49,397 nucleotides of DNA from a virus (Duplodnaviria; Heunggongvirae; Uroviricota; Caudoviricetes): IMG/VR virus record IMGVR_UViG_648861009_000005. One strand, written 5' to 3'. This document shows positions 9,206-18,794 of this stretch, one piece after another. Each line of letters starts with the position of its first letter. Within the stretch, counting starts at the first letter, position 1. The notes beneath the pieces are model-generated. The model was not told where the DNA came from, did not search any database, and saw only the letters and a program-made list of their open reading frames with translations. A program made the position numbers and the translations under genes.

Positions 9206-9659
9206 GCAGCAAATCCGACAGGTCTGCCGCCAGTGCATGGACCGCTGCCGGGCGGGTGAAACATGGCCTCCGGACCTGGCTGAGTTTGTGGCGCTGATTT
9301 CAGAAAGCGGGGCCAATCCATTTGGCCTGACGGTGGATGCTGTGATGGAGGAGTACCGCCGCTGGCGTGATGAGTCCTGGCGATATGACGGAAGCGACAA
9401 ATATCCGTGGCCTCAGCCTGTGCTGTACCACATCTGCCTCGAAATGCGTACCAGAGGGATTGAGCGCCAGATGACGCAGGGTGAGTTAAAACGACTTGCA
9501 GAACGGCAACTGACGAAATGGGCAAAGCATGTTGGTAACGGGATGAGTGTTCCGCCAGTGCGACGACAACTGGAAGGGGCGAAACACCCGCAAGGGCCAA
9601 CGCCAATTGAACGGCTGAAACAGGAATACGAACGCCGGAAGGCAGCTGGTTTTATTTGA
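9117..9659 (+). CDS. P: Lambda P-like replication protein (helicase loader)
   Basis: C-terminal half aligns with lambda P as recalled (WPPDLAEFVALISE; YPWPQPVLYHIC; LTKWAKHVGNGMSVPP); start uncertain (8994, 9117 or 9198). Confidence 0.55.
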   Translation: MGEVYSNRWTQKNGAAPSKLWIAQIGAMTEQQIRQVCRQCMDRCRAGETWPPDLAEFVALISESGANPFGLTVDAVMEEYRRWRDESWRYDGSDKYPWPQPVLYHICLEMRTRGIERQMTQGELKRLAERQLTKWAKHVGNGMSVPPVRRQLEGAKHPQGPTPIERLKQEYERRKAAGFI

Positions 9660-9692
9660 ATCTGAGAAACGATTTTGTCGGAGGAAATTTTA

Positions 9693-10463
9693 ATGGAAAC
9701 CGTATTTGACGCACTGAAAGCAATGGGAAAAGCCACATCGGTAGAACTGGCCGCGCGACTTGATATCAGTCGTGAAGAGGTTCTCAACGAGCTGTGGGAA
9801 CTCAAAAGAAATGGCGTCGTTGATAAAACTGGTCACACCTGGTTTCTGGCTGGCGAAGGTGAATCCCGGGTAACCGAAGAGCGGCCAGTAAAATCTGAAG
9901 CACAGGATATGCTGACCGGGGAGGTCGAACAAAAAGTTACCGCAGACATGATGATTGAGTTTATCGGTCAGGATGGTGCTAAAACGTGTGAGGAACTGGC
10001 GGGTAAGTTCGGCGTCAGTACTCGCAAGGTTGCCTCCACGCTGGCGGTGGTAACCGCAACGGGGCGGCTGGCACGCGTTAATCAGAACGGTAAATTTCGT
10101 TACTGCATGCCGGGCGATAATTTACCAGCAGAGCCGAAAGCCGCGCTGGTAACGGAAAGTGATGGTAAGGCCTTTCCTCAGCCAGCAGGTGCTGCGTTAC
10201 CAGTCCGGGAAGCCGCAACACAGGAAGAAATTAAAACAGAAACTGTGGCGGACATTGTGCAGCCGTTGCCATCGTTTACCGAAACGCAAGCAGATGAGCT
10301 GATTTTTCCGTCCCTTCGCAGGGCAAACCTGGCGCTGCGCAGGGCGAAAAGTGATGTTCAGAAGTGGGAGCGAGTCTGCGCCGCGCTGCGGGAGCTGAAC
10401 AAGCACCGGGATATTGTTCGACAGATTAGTGATTCTTCCCGCCGTGTTGTATCGGAAAAGTGA
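9693..10463 (+). CDS. Hypothetical protein with two winged-helix-like segments
   Basis: GGAGG RBS; two HTH-like stretches ([28 protein letters not shown] and [24 protein letters not shown]). Confidence 0.4.
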   Translation: METVFDALKAMGKATSVELAARLDISREEVLNELWELKRNGVVDKTGHTWFLAGEGESRVTEERPVKSEAQDMLTGEVEQKVTADMMIEFIGQDGAKTCEELAGKFGVSTRKVASTLAVVTATGRLARVNQNGKFRYCMPGDNLPAEPKAALVTESDGKAFPQPAGAALPVREAATQEEIKTETVADIVQPLPSFTETQADELIFPSLRRANLALRRAKSDVQKWERVCAALRELNKHRDIVRQISDSSRRVVSEK

Positions 10464-10478
10464 TTGCCGGAGGCGCTT

Positions 10479-10871
10479 ATGGCAAAAGTATTTACACCAG
10501 AAGAGCGGGAAGAAGTGAAGGCGCGCATTGTGGAATTCGTGCGCCTGAGCGGACGAGAAACTTTTCGACAACTGGCAGATAAAACGGGTGTCAGTAAGAC
10601 CGCTATTCGTCGTTTATCTGGTGCGCTTGCGGCCAGTGGTGATGTCTGGCTCTCTGGTTGCGGGGTATTTCCATCAGAGCAGGCGTATCGCGTATGGCGT
10701 AAGACACCGGAGAAGGCTGCTGACCCGACACTGATTCGAAAGTTACCTGACGGAGAAATACGTCGTTACAACAGACGGCAGAACATAATTTGTCGTGAGT
10801 GCCGCCAGAGCGAAGTCATGCAGCGTGTGCTGGCGTTCTATCGGGGAAACTTTCAGGAGGTGATGGAGTGA
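10479..10871 (+). CDS. Hypothetical protein, probably DNA-binding
   Basis: GGAGG RBS; HTH-like LADKTGVSKTAIRRL. Confidence 0.4.
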   Translation: MAKVFTPEEREEVKARIVEFVRLSGRETFRQLADKTGVSKTAIRRLSGALAASGDVWLSGCGVFPSEQAYRVWRKTPEKAADPTLIRKLPDGEIRRYNRRQNIICRECRQSEVMQRVLAFYRGNFQEVME

Positions 10872-11164
10872 GGGTGAGAGTTTATATTGCCGGTCCAATG
10901 ACGGGATATGAAAATTTCAACCGTGAGGCGTTTCACAAGGCGGAAGAGGAACTGAAACGGGAAGGGCATACCGTCTTAAACCCGGCAGTACTTCCGGACG
11001 GGCTGACACAGCCGCACTACATGGATATTTGCATGGCAATGATTCGTTGTGTGGATGCGATTTACATGCTGAATGGCTGGCAGCGGTCAGCGGGCGCTAA
11101 GGCAGAGCTGGCACTGGCGGAGAAACTGGGGCATGCGGTGATTTATCAGGAGGTGGCTCAATGA
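10868..11164 (+). CDS. DUF4406-like protein (nucleoside 2-deoxyribosyltransferase-like fold)
   Basis: VYIAGPMTGYENFNREAF...WQRSAGAKAEL pattern; AGGAGG RBS 8 nt before the GTG start. Confidence 0.45.
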   Translation: MRVRVYIAGPMTGYENFNREAFHKAEEELKREGHTVLNPAVLPDGLTQPHYMDICMAMIRCVDAIYMLNGWQRSAGAKAELALAEKLGHAVIYQEVAQ

Positions 11165-11622
11165 GAGAGGTTAACTATGAGGCGCTTCGTGAGGCAGCAC
11201 AAAACTATCAGTCGACGCTGGCGTGGTATCAGGCTATCCCGGACAGCCCAAATGCTGAACGGGATTGTGATGCGGCTCTTGCTGCGTTTAAGCGTCACAT
11301 CCGTCATCGGGAAGCGGATATTATCGCTGATTTGCTGGATGGACTGGAAGAAGCAAAATCACAACTCAACGAGCAGCGTGAGTATTACGAAGGCGTTATC
11401 TCTGATGGGAGTAAGCGTATTGCTGAACTGGAAGCGCGGGAAGTTCAATTACCGACTCGCTACGACCTTCGATATGGACATCCGATAAATGCAGATGAGC
11501 GACATGTCATGATACCTAAAGAAAATGGCAGTTGGCTTTACCTGATTGACCTAGAACACGCATTACGCGTCGCTGGCATTCGCATCAAAGGAGAGGAGCA
11601 TGGAAATAAAACCAGAGGATGA
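11161..11622 (+). CDS. Hypothetical protein
   Basis: ORF with overlapping start/stop coupling in a nin-like block. Confidence 0.4.
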   Translation: MREVNYEALREAAQNYQSTLAWYQAIPDSPNAERDCDAALAAFKRHIRHREADIIADLLDGLEEAKSQLNEQREYYEGVISDGSKRIAELEAREVQLPTRYDLRYGHPINADERHVMIPKENGSWLYLIDLEHALRVAGIRIKGEEHGNKTRG

Positions 11623-11956
11623 GTTAAGCAATATCGTTTTATTTCCGGTAAAAGAGGATGACCCTCGTAATCAGGTTAATTTTCTTTATGAGTCATCGGA
11701 AAGACCATATTGTCATCACGCCTCTGTTCGGGTTGACGAAAAAGAGCGTCAGGTCCGCTGTAAAATCTGCGGTGCAGTTGTGGAGCCGTTTGACTGGATG
11801 CTCTCTGTGGCGAAAAGAGAAACCAGACTGGCAGATGATGTAAGGCTATTGCGCCAGGAGGAACAGGAAAGGCGGAAAAATATAGAAAAGTTAATTCAGA
11901 TTGAGCGTAACGCGAAAGCGCGGATATGCAGGGCGACAAAATCCAGAACTGAATAA
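11600..11956 (+). CDS. Hypothetical Zn-ribbon protein
   Basis: CHH...CKIC motif; GAGAGGAG RBS. Confidence 0.4.
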   Translation: MEIKPEDELSNIVLFPVKEDDPRNQVNFLYESSERPYCHHASVRVDEKERQVRCKICGAVVEPFDWMLSVAKRETRLADDVRLLRQEEQERRKNIEKLIQIERNAKARICRATKSRTE

Positions 11957-12051
11957 TTAAATTTAGCACTGTTAAAAATTTTATCCTTAACCGGAGGGAT
12001 TTCTGCACCCTCAGAACATCAGGAGGCCGCCCGAAAGGGCGGTAATGAAAA

Positions 12052-12459
12052 ATGACTGAATTAACAAAAGAGCAATTAATCGAAGAAGCCAAATTAAAAA
12101 TAGCGATTGCGAAATGCCACACGAATTCAGGGATGGCACGGGTAGAGGGTGAGTTATTCAAAATTGCACTGGCATCGCTAGAAGCGGAACCGATAGCGTG
12201 GAAATGCGGCGAAAACATAATCCTGTTTAATCCTGACACAGTTGAAGCATACGCAAAACGTGCGGAGATATCACCTAAACCACTATTCGCAGCTCCACCT
12301 GTGCCGGTTGTGTCTGAAGAACTGGTTAAAGCCGTGCGCTTCTATGAAAAGGTTAAGCGTGAAAATCCGCCAGTCGAAACCGGAGCATGGAAAGACGCTG
12401 TTGACTGGGTGCTCAAAGAGGCCTGCCAGGTTGTAAACACTGGCATCAAAGGAGACTGA
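12052..12459 (+). CDS. Hypothetical protein sharing a domain with the 12823 gene
   Basis: Shares the ..EP(I/V)A(W/Y)....AAPPVPVVSEE motif with the ORF at 12823-13809. Confidence 0.4.
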   Translation: MTELTKEQLIEEAKLKIAIAKCHTNSGMARVEGELFKIALASLEAEPIAWKCGENIILFNPDTVEAYAKRAEISPKPLFAAPPVPVVSEELVKAVRFYEKVKRENPPVETGAWKDAVDWVLKEACQVVNTGIKGD

Positions 12460-12460
12460 T

Positions 12461-12826
12461 ATGGCACTGACGAAAAAACAACGTGCAGAATTGCGCATGA
12501 AGTTTGGCGGTCGCTGTGCTTATTGCGGCTGTGAACTTGGCGAAAAGTGGCATGCAGACCATGTAAAACCGGTCATTCGTTTTAATGGAAATATGCTTCA
12601 CCAGGAACGTGACGATATATCCAACATGGTTCCGGCATGCCACCCATGCAATCTGCACAAGCATTGCAGTAGCCTGGAAGACTATCGGCGAATTATCAGT
12701 GATGGTCGTCGTGAATTCCTTGCGTCCGGGAAAGGCAAAGCGCTGGTTCGTATGGGATTGGTTGAAATGAAATCTGACCCGGTTGTGTTCTGGTTTGAAA
12801 AATATCAAGAAGGGGCTACAGCATGA
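12461..12826 (+). CDS. HNH endonuclease
   Basis: CAYCG...HADH...CHPCNLHK motif; AAAGGAG RBS. Confidence 0.75.
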   Translation: MALTKKQRAELRMKFGGRCAYCGCELGEKWHADHVKPVIRFNGNMLHQERDDISNMVPACHPCNLHKHCSSLEDYRRIISDGRREFLASGKGKALVRMGLVEMKSDPVVFWFEKYQEGATA

Positions 12827-13809
12827 CCACTATTACCAATAAGAAACAGTATCCCAGCGAGCAATATCTTAATGAGCTTATCACCAACATAGAGTTTGCT
12901 GCAAGGGCACCAGTTGAAGTCGTGAGCGCAATGGCAGCAGAGCTACAGAAGCGGCGCGAAGCTGATAGCGCAGAACCAGTTGCTTATATTTTCAAACATC
13001 CGGCCGGGAAATTATTCTGGGCTTTAACGGATGAAAGCAATAAAGAGCAAGCGGACGTTATTCCTGTTTATGCCGCCCCTCCAGTGCCAGTAGTATCTGA
13101 AGAAAAACCAATGCCTAACCCTCTTAAAATGTACGCGGTCGATGATGTTGCCGCTATTGCAGAGGTGAGAGGCTGGAATGCCTACCGCGCCGCCATGCTT
13201 CAGAGTCAGGGGGAAGGCAACCCTCATGTAACCCCGGCTCGCCTGCCTGGTGGTTTCACCATTGAGGATGCGAAGGTGTTACATGAAGACCTTGTACGTA
13301 GCCACATAAGCCAGGCTTTAAGTGGCGAAAAGATGAAAAAGAAAGATCGCGATGCTGATTTGCGCTGGATTCATGGCGTAATAGTTCAGGCCGCGTGGTT
13401 TGTAAAGGCATCACTGGAGCAGAATGCACTATCGGGCAACTCTCCGGTAATTCCTGGTGAGGTGTTGTCCGCAATCCGGGAGGTTGCCAGGATTCGCGCC
13501 GATTTCGATGATTTTGACGGTGACAGGCGAGGTATCGGTGATTGTCTGGATGAGGCCGAGCAAGAGCTTATCGTTACCATTAACAAATATGCCAGTCAGT
13601 TGGCAGTAGAGCCGGTAGTACCTGATGACGTTCTGGAACAGACAGTAGCGTCGCCAGCGCTAGGTAACCAGGTTAGCGAATTAACAATGTGGGTTAAACG
13701 ACTGGTCAGTCAACTGAAAAAAGCTCAGCCGGACTGCAAATTACCGGAGAAGGCGATGGATTACCTGAAACGAAATGGACTGATAAGCGTGGAGGATGTT
13801 TTACGATGA
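12823..13809 (+). CDS. Hypothetical protein (328 aa)
   Basis: Long ORF coupled to the HNH gene; N-terminal domain paralogous to the 12052 ORF. Confidence 0.45.
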   Translation: MTTITNKKQYPSEQYLNELITNIEFAARAPVEVVSAMAAELQKRREADSAEPVAYIFKHPAGKLFWALTDESNKEQADVIPVYAAPPVPVVSEEKPMPNPLKMYAVDDVAAIAEVRGWNAYRAAMLQSQGEGNPHVTPARLPGGFTIEDAKVLHEDLVRSHISQALSGEKMKKKDRDADLRWIHGVIVQAAWFVKASLEQNALSGNSPVIPGEVLSAIREVARIRADFDDFDGDRRGIGDCLDEAEQELIVTINKYASQLAVEPVVPDDVLEQTVASPALGNQVSELTMWVKRLVSQLKKAQPDCKLPEKAMDYLKRNGLISVEDVLR

Positions 13810-13929
13810 ATATTTAGACTAAAGAGTTTGTAACGCTATGTAAGTGATTTTTTCTGGTTTAGATATTTATATGTCCGGCCAAATTGAGGTGTGTTTAAAT
13901 GTTATTGCACATTGATTGTAGGGGGAATA

Positions 13930-14109
13930 ATGAAAAACGCATTGCAGTTTTTGTTTGTTGCGTTCTGGTTGTTCGCATCATGTATGCCCATCATCTTCAC
14001 AGCAAGGTATATGGAAAAAATTGATGTTTTGATATTAATGTTTGGACATATAAATGCCCTTTTTTTAGGGGTGTTCATGGCGGTCATGTGCATTGAATAC
14101 TGGCGGTAA
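13930..14109 (+). CDS. Small hydrophobic membrane protein
   Basis: 59 aa with two predicted TM segments; GGGGGAA RBS; AT-rich. Confidence 0.35.
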   Translation: MKNALQFLFVAFWLFASCMPIIFTARYMEKIDVLILMFGHINALFLGVFMAVMCIEYWR

Positions 14110-14367
14110 ATACAGCGAACGCCATTGGTTTAGTTGGATATTTACTGTGCCGGACAAAAACGGTTTGCGGGGAAATCTTAGTTAAGTAGAATAACTGCGG
14201 GTGCTTGAGGCTATCTGTCTCAGGCATGAACACCAAAAGGCAGATAGAGAAAAGCCCCAGTTAACATTACGCGTCCTGCAAGACGCTTAACATTAATCTG
14301 AGGCCATATCTATGCGACACATAGAGATTAGCCTCTTACGGACCGAAAGGTCAAGGAGAAGCAGGCT

Positions 14368-14523
14368 ATGAAGCAGCAAAAGGCGATGTTAATCGCCCTG
14401 ATCGTCATCTGTTTAACCGTCATAGTGACGGCACTGGTAACGAGGAAAGACCTCTGCGAGGTACGAATCCGAACCGGCCAGACGGAGGTCGCTGTCTTCA
14501 CAGCTTACGAACCTGAGGAGTAA
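14368..14523 (+). CDS. hok: Hok/Gef-family type I toxin
   Basis: 51 aa MKQQKAMLIALIVICLTVIVTALVTRKDLCEVRIRTGQTEVAVFTAYEPEE, the canonical Hok/Gef sequence; not in the ORF track because it is below the size cutoff. Confidence 0.85.
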   Translation: MKQQKAMLIALIVICLTVIVTALVTRKDLCEVRIRTGQTEVAVFTAYEPEE

Positions 14524-14591
14524 GAGACCAGGCGAGGGAGAAATCCCTCGCCACCTCTGATGTGGCAGGCATCCTCAACGCACCCGCACTT

Positions 14592-14619
14592 AACCCGCTT
14601 CGGCGGGTTTTTGTTTTTA
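14592..14619 (+). terminator. Intrinsic terminator downstream of hok
   Basis: Hairpin aacccgc-ttcg-gcgggtt followed by a T-run. Confidence 0.55.
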
Positions 14620-14639
14620 TTTTCAACGCATTTGAAGTT

Positions 14640-15033
14640 NNNNNNNNNNNNNNNNNNNNNNNNNNNNNNNNNNNNNNNNNNNNNNNNNNNNNNNNNNNNN
14701 NNNNNNNNNNNNNNNNNNNNNNNNNNNNNNNNNNNNNNNNNNNNNNNNNNNNNNNNNNNNNNNNNNNNNNNNNNNNNNNNNNNNNNNNNNNNNNNNNNNN
14801 NNNNNNNNNNNNNNNNNNNNNNNNNNNNNNNNNNNNNNNNNNNNNNNNNNNNNNNNNNNNNNNNNNNNNNNNNNNNNNNNNNNNNNNNNNNNNNNNNNNN
14901 NNNNNNNNNNNNNNNNNNNNNNNNNNNNNNNNNNNNNNNNNNNNNNNNNNNNNNNNNNNNNNNNNNNNNNNNNNNNNNNNNNNNNNNNNNNNNNNNNNNN
15001 NNNNNNNNNNNNNNNNNNNNNNNNNNNNNNNNN
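14640..15033. other. Assembly gap (394 N) with duplicated flanks
   Basis: 14466-14639 repeats at 15034-15207 (one T difference). Confidence 0.9.
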
Positions 15034-15306
15034 AATCCGAACCGGCCAGACGGAGGTCGCTGTCTTCACAGCTTACGAACCTGAGGAGTAAGAGACCAGG
15101 CGAGGGAGAAATCCCTCGCCACCTCTGATGTGGCAGGCATCCTCAACGCACCCGCACTTAACCCGCTTCGGCGGGTTTTTGTTTTATTTTCAACGCATTT
15201 GAAGTTCTGGACGGTGCCGGAATAGAATCAAAAATACTTAAGTAGCGCGCAGGGATAAGAGGGATGGTCCCTTAAAGGGGAGAGCTAATTATCCGGAAGG
15301 ATTCTG

Positions 15307-15558
15307 ATGATGAACATCGAAGAACTGCGTAAAATTTTTTGTGAAGATGGCCTCTATGCTGTGTGCGTTGAAAATGGAAATATTGTTAGCCATTACCGCA
15401 TTGTGTGTTTGCAAAAAAATGGGGCTGCGTTAATTAATTTTGTGGATGCCCGAGTGACGGACGGATTTATCTTGCACGACGGTGAGTTTGTCACTTCATT
15501 ACAGGCATTGAAAGAGATCGGAATAAAAGCTGGCTTTTCTGCTTTTTCAGAAGAATAA
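15307..15558 (+). CDS. Hypothetical protein (83 aa), possibly Rem-like
   Basis: Size and position next to hok and DUF968 match Qin rem; tentative. Confidence 0.4.
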   Translation: MMNIEELRKIFCEDGLYAVCVENGNIVSHYRIVCLQKNGAALINFVDARVTDGFILHDGEFVTSLQALKEIGIKAGFSAFSEE

Positions 15559-15624
15559 ACTCATCTACAATCTTGCGCGGGGCTGAACTCCCGCTGAGTA
15601 ACACCGTGCCACCGGAGAAAACCG

Positions 15625-15903
15625 ATGGCACGCAACGCAAAATATTACAATCATGATAATTCGACCGTTCTTGCCCACACGCACGAGCGGTATTCTCATG
15701 CATTTAAGTCAGACTGGTACCAGCATCCCCCATGCACTGAAGAACAGGCCGAGTGGCTAATTCAGTGCTACCGCAGACACGGATACGAGATTAAGAAAGC
15801 CCTCAGCCTCGATTATCGTCACTGGATAATCTCCGTCAGGCTCCCTTACTCCGAACGGCCACCGCGTCCGTCCCGCACATTCCAGCAACGCATCTGGAGG
15901 TAA
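15625..15903 (+). CDS. Hypothetical protein
   Basis: 92-aa ORF with GGAGAAA RBS. Confidence 0.4.
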   Translation: MARNAKYYNHDNSTVLAHTHERYSHAFKSDWYQHPPCTEEQAEWLIQCYRRHGYEIKKALSLDYRHWIISVRLPYSERPPRPSRTFQQRIWR

Positions 15904-15904
15904 C

Positions 15905-16963
15905 GTGCGGGTATTACTTCGACCTGTTCTGGTACCGGAACTTGGGCTGGTGGTGCTAAAACCGGGCCGTGAATCCATGCCGGTATTCCACAATACCCGG
16001 GTACTGGTGGAGCCGGAACCGAAAAGCATGCGTAATCTGTCGTCCGGGGTCGTTCCTGCCGTTCGCCAGCCGCTGGCGGAGGATAAATCATTACTGCCAT
16101 TTTTCAGCGACGAACGAGTGATTCGTGCTGCTGGTGGCGCTGGCGCATTGTCTGACTGGTTACTGCGCCATGTTAAATCCTGCCAGTGGCCACACGGCGA
16201 TTATCACCACAGTGAAACCGTCATTCACCGTTATGGTACCGGCGCAATGGTGTTGTGCTGGCACTGCGACAACCAGCTGCGCGACCAGACCTCCGAATCA
16301 CTCGGGCAACTTGCTCACCAAAACCTGTCTGCATGGATGATTGACGTCATACGCCATGCAATGAATGGCTCGCAGGAACGGGAATTATCGCTGGCTGAAT
16401 TATCCTGGTGGGCGGTCCGCAATCAGGTGGCGGACGCGCTACCGGAAGCGGTATTACGTCGTTCGCTGGGGTTGCGTGCGGAAAAAATCCGCTCAATGTA
16501 CCGTGAAAGCGACATCGTACCGGGAGAGCAGACCGCCACCAGCATACTGAAACAGCGCACAAAAAATCTTGCGCCGCTGCCTCACGCCCACCAGCAACAG
16601 AACCCACCACAGGAAAAGACGGTGGTCAGCATTGCCGTTGATCCGGAATCTCCGGCTCAGTATCTCCAGCGCCAGAAACCACAACGGGAAGAGATGCCTG
16701 TATACACGCGCTGGGTAAAAACGCAGAAATGCATGACGTGTGGCAATCAGGCAGATGATCCGCATCACATCATTGGTCATGGACTGGGAGGGATGGGAAC
16801 AAAGGCTGACGATTTGTTTGTTATTCCGCTGTGTCGTAAATGCCATAACGAACTACACGCCGGGGTAAAAGATTTTGAAGAAAAACACGGTAGTCAGTTG
16901 TTGTTGCTGATTCGTTTTTTAATGCACGCGAGAAATTCGGGTGTTCTGAAGTGGAAAGCATAA
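15905..16963 (+). CDS. DUF968/YdfU-like protein with C-terminal HNH-like motif
   Basis: C-terminal CMTCG...DPHHIIGHG...CRKCHNELH; located upstream of rusA-Q as in lambdoid prophages. Confidence 0.6.
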   Translation: MRVLLRPVLVPELGLVVLKPGRESMPVFHNTRVLVEPEPKSMRNLSSGVVPAVRQPLAEDKSLLPFFSDERVIRAAGGAGALSDWLLRHVKSCQWPHGDYHHSETVIHRYGTGAMVLCWHCDNQLRDQTSESLGQLAHQNLSAWMIDVIRHAMNGSQERELSLAELSWWAVRNQVADALPEAVLRRSLGLRAEKIRSMYRESDIVPGEQTATSILKQRTKNLAPLPHAHQQQNPPQEKTVVSIAVDPESPAQYLQRQKPQREEMPVYTRWVKTQKCMTCGNQADDPHHIIGHGLGGMGTKADDLFVIPLCRKCHNELHAGVKDFEEKHGSQLLLLIRFLMHARNSGVLKWKA

Positions 16964-17332
16964 ATGACCGAACGCATAGAATTTGTTTTGCCTTACTCGC
17001 CGACGGTGAACACTTACTGGCGACGCCGTGGCAGCACATATTTTGTATCAAAAGCCGGGGAGCGTTATCGCCGGGCAGTGGCGCTTATTGTTCGCCAGCA
17101 GCGACTGAAATTAAGCCTGTCCGGACGGCTGGCAATAAAAATTATTGCAGAGCCACCGGATAAGCGTCGTCGTGACCTGGACAATATTCTGAAAGCACCA
17201 CTGGATGCGCTGACGCACGCGGGGTTGTTAATGGACGATGAGCAGTTTGATGAAATCAATATTGTACGTGGCCAGCCAGTATCTGGTGGACGGCTGGAGA
17301 TAAGAATTACAGAGGTGGGTGTGCATGAATAA
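16964..17332 (+). CDS. rusA: RusA Holliday-junction resolvase
   Basis: 122 aa; PDKRRRDLDNILKAPLDALT and GGRLEIRITE match E. coli RusA as recalled. Confidence 0.85.
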   Translation: MTERIEFVLPYSPTVNTYWRRRGSTYFVSKAGERYRRAVALIVRQQRLKLSLSGRLAIKIIAEPPDKRRRDLDNILKAPLDALTHAGLLMDDEQFDEINIVRGQPVSGGRLEIRITEVGVHE

Positions 17333-18014
17333 CCAGTATTTACAGTTTGTTCGTGAGCAACTCATGATTGCCACTGCAGATCTCAGTGGGTCGACAAAAT
17401 GCCAGCTGGAAGCCTGGCAGGAAAATGCCCTGTTCGATACAGGGCGTTACAGACGCAAAAAAATTCGTTACCGCGATGAGGTAACCGGAAAAATGATCAC
17501 GCGGGATAATCCCCCGATCCAGGGTAAACAATCACTGGCGAAAGGCTCATCAATTGCGCTGGTCAGTCCTGTTGAGTTTGCAACATCATCGTGGCGGCGT
17601 GCTGTTCTGGAACTGGAAGAACATCAGAAGGCGTGGTTGTTGTGGTGTTATGGCGGAAACATTTGCTGGGAGCATCAGATCGCGATAACGCAGTGGGGGT
17701 GGAGTGAATTTAAAACTCAGTCCGGCTCCAGAAAAATTGCAGTGAAAACGCTGGAGCGTGTGAAGAAGTTGATCTGGCTGGCGGCACAGGATGTCAGAGG
17801 ATGGGTTACCGGGTGTGAGGTCTACCAGAGACAGGAGCTTGCCAGACTGTGTGGAGTTAAGCCTGATAACTGGAGCCATAATTATGCGAACTACTGGCGT
17901 GAGATGTGCGATATTTTTAAGCGCCTCGATAGAGAATCCTTGATTTGCTCCGTGAAAATAAGAGCGCAACAAAAAGCGACCTTTTCACGACGAGATATTG
18001 CAAAAGTCAATTAA
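17325..18014 (+). CDS. Q: Late-gene antitermination protein Q
   Basis: Position directly upstream of the lysis cassette and a terminator; lambdoid Q-family size; start overlaps the rusA stop. Confidence 0.75.
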   Translation: MNNQYLQFVREQLMIATADLSGSTKCQLEAWQENALFDTGRYRRKKIRYRDEVTGKMITRDNPPIQGKQSLAKGSSIALVSPVEFATSSWRRAVLELEEHQKAWLLWCYGGNICWEHQIAITQWGWSEFKTQSGSRKIAVKTLERVKKLIWLAAQDVRGWVTGCEVYQRQELARLCGVKPDNWSHNYANYWREMCDIFKRLDRESLICSVKIRAQQKATFSRRDIAKVN

Positions 18015-18080
18015 ATCGCGTATGTTTCGTATAAATCTGATATTTTGCCGATTTTGTACGTGATGGCAAAGTAAGAAAAA
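18015..18080 (+). promoter_or_regulatory. Putative late promoter (PR'-like) and Q-utilisation region
   Basis: TATAAAT -10-like element at about 18038-18044, between the Q stop and the terminator. Confidence 0.3.
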
Positions 18081-18103
18081 ACCACCGCCAGGTGGTTTTT
18101 TTT
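18081..18103 (+). terminator. tR'-like intrinsic terminator
   Basis: Hairpin accacc-gcca-ggtggt followed by T8. Confidence 0.6.
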
Positions 18104-18226
18104 ATGTCCGAAAATCGCGTCAGTACAGTAAACGCGCTGGTGGTTGCGAATACGGGTCTTTCAGCTTGCCGGCTTTTTCGACAAGAGTTATTGGTATGTC
18201 ACGTTAACCGGAAAAGGGAAAAAGAC

Positions 18227-18424
18227 ATGCTAAAACAGCAGGATATGACAGAAGCCGCCAGAGTGGTGTTTAATGAATTAAGCGTTACCGACCCGGCGAC
18301 AGTCAGGGAGATTGCACAGAATACTTACCTTTCACGCGAACGCTGCCAGTTAATACTGACCCAGCTTGTTATGGCGGGTCTGGCAGACTATCAGTTTGGT
18401 TGTTACAGACACCTTCAGTCCTGA
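18227..18424 (+). CDS. Hypothetical small protein
   Basis: 65-aa ORF with AAGGGA RBS. Confidence 0.35.
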   Translation: MLKQQDMTEAARVVFNELSVTDPATVREIAQNTYLSRERCQLILTQLVMAGLADYQFGCYRHLQS

Positions 18425-18738
18425 AGGCTTTTTTATTTGTGGTAAATGGGCGGCTGGTGGGTGTGGTGGTTGTTGCTTTCCCGTTGCTGAAAAAGAAAAC
18501 GCCAGACTGTTAGCCGGGTATCAGTTAGCGGGAGAAATTTTTTAAATACTTCACAATTCAGGCGGTTGACTGTTGTCTGGTTTGCGGGGAGTTTGTTAAA
18601 AGAAACTGGCATGGTGAATCCCCCTGTGCGGAGGGGCAATCAGCGAGTAGGTATATGGGATAATCGCGGATTCAGGTGCTGGTACTGAATTCACCGGGAG
18701 GCACCCGGCACCATGCAATGGCACATAGCGCCACTCTC

Positions 18739-18775
18739 CAGCCCCTCTCCGGAGGGGCTGTTTATATTGATTTTG
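18739..18775 (+). terminator. Intrinsic terminator
   Basis: Perfect 9-bp stem cagcccctc-tccg-gaggggctg followed by a T-rich tract. Confidence 0.5.
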
Positions 18776-18794
18776 TCAGATGTGAGTAAACTCC

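Noticed and set aside
14560-15128. Three ORFs of 148-188 codons running through the N-run
   Set aside because: Translation of N-runs (X residues); artefacts of the scaffold gap.
18600-18780. Possible tRNA gene in the Q-S region (tRNAs occur here in Stx phages)
   Set aside because: No T-loop (GTTCRANYC-like) or cloverleaf arrangement found; the hairpins fit terminator-like structures better.
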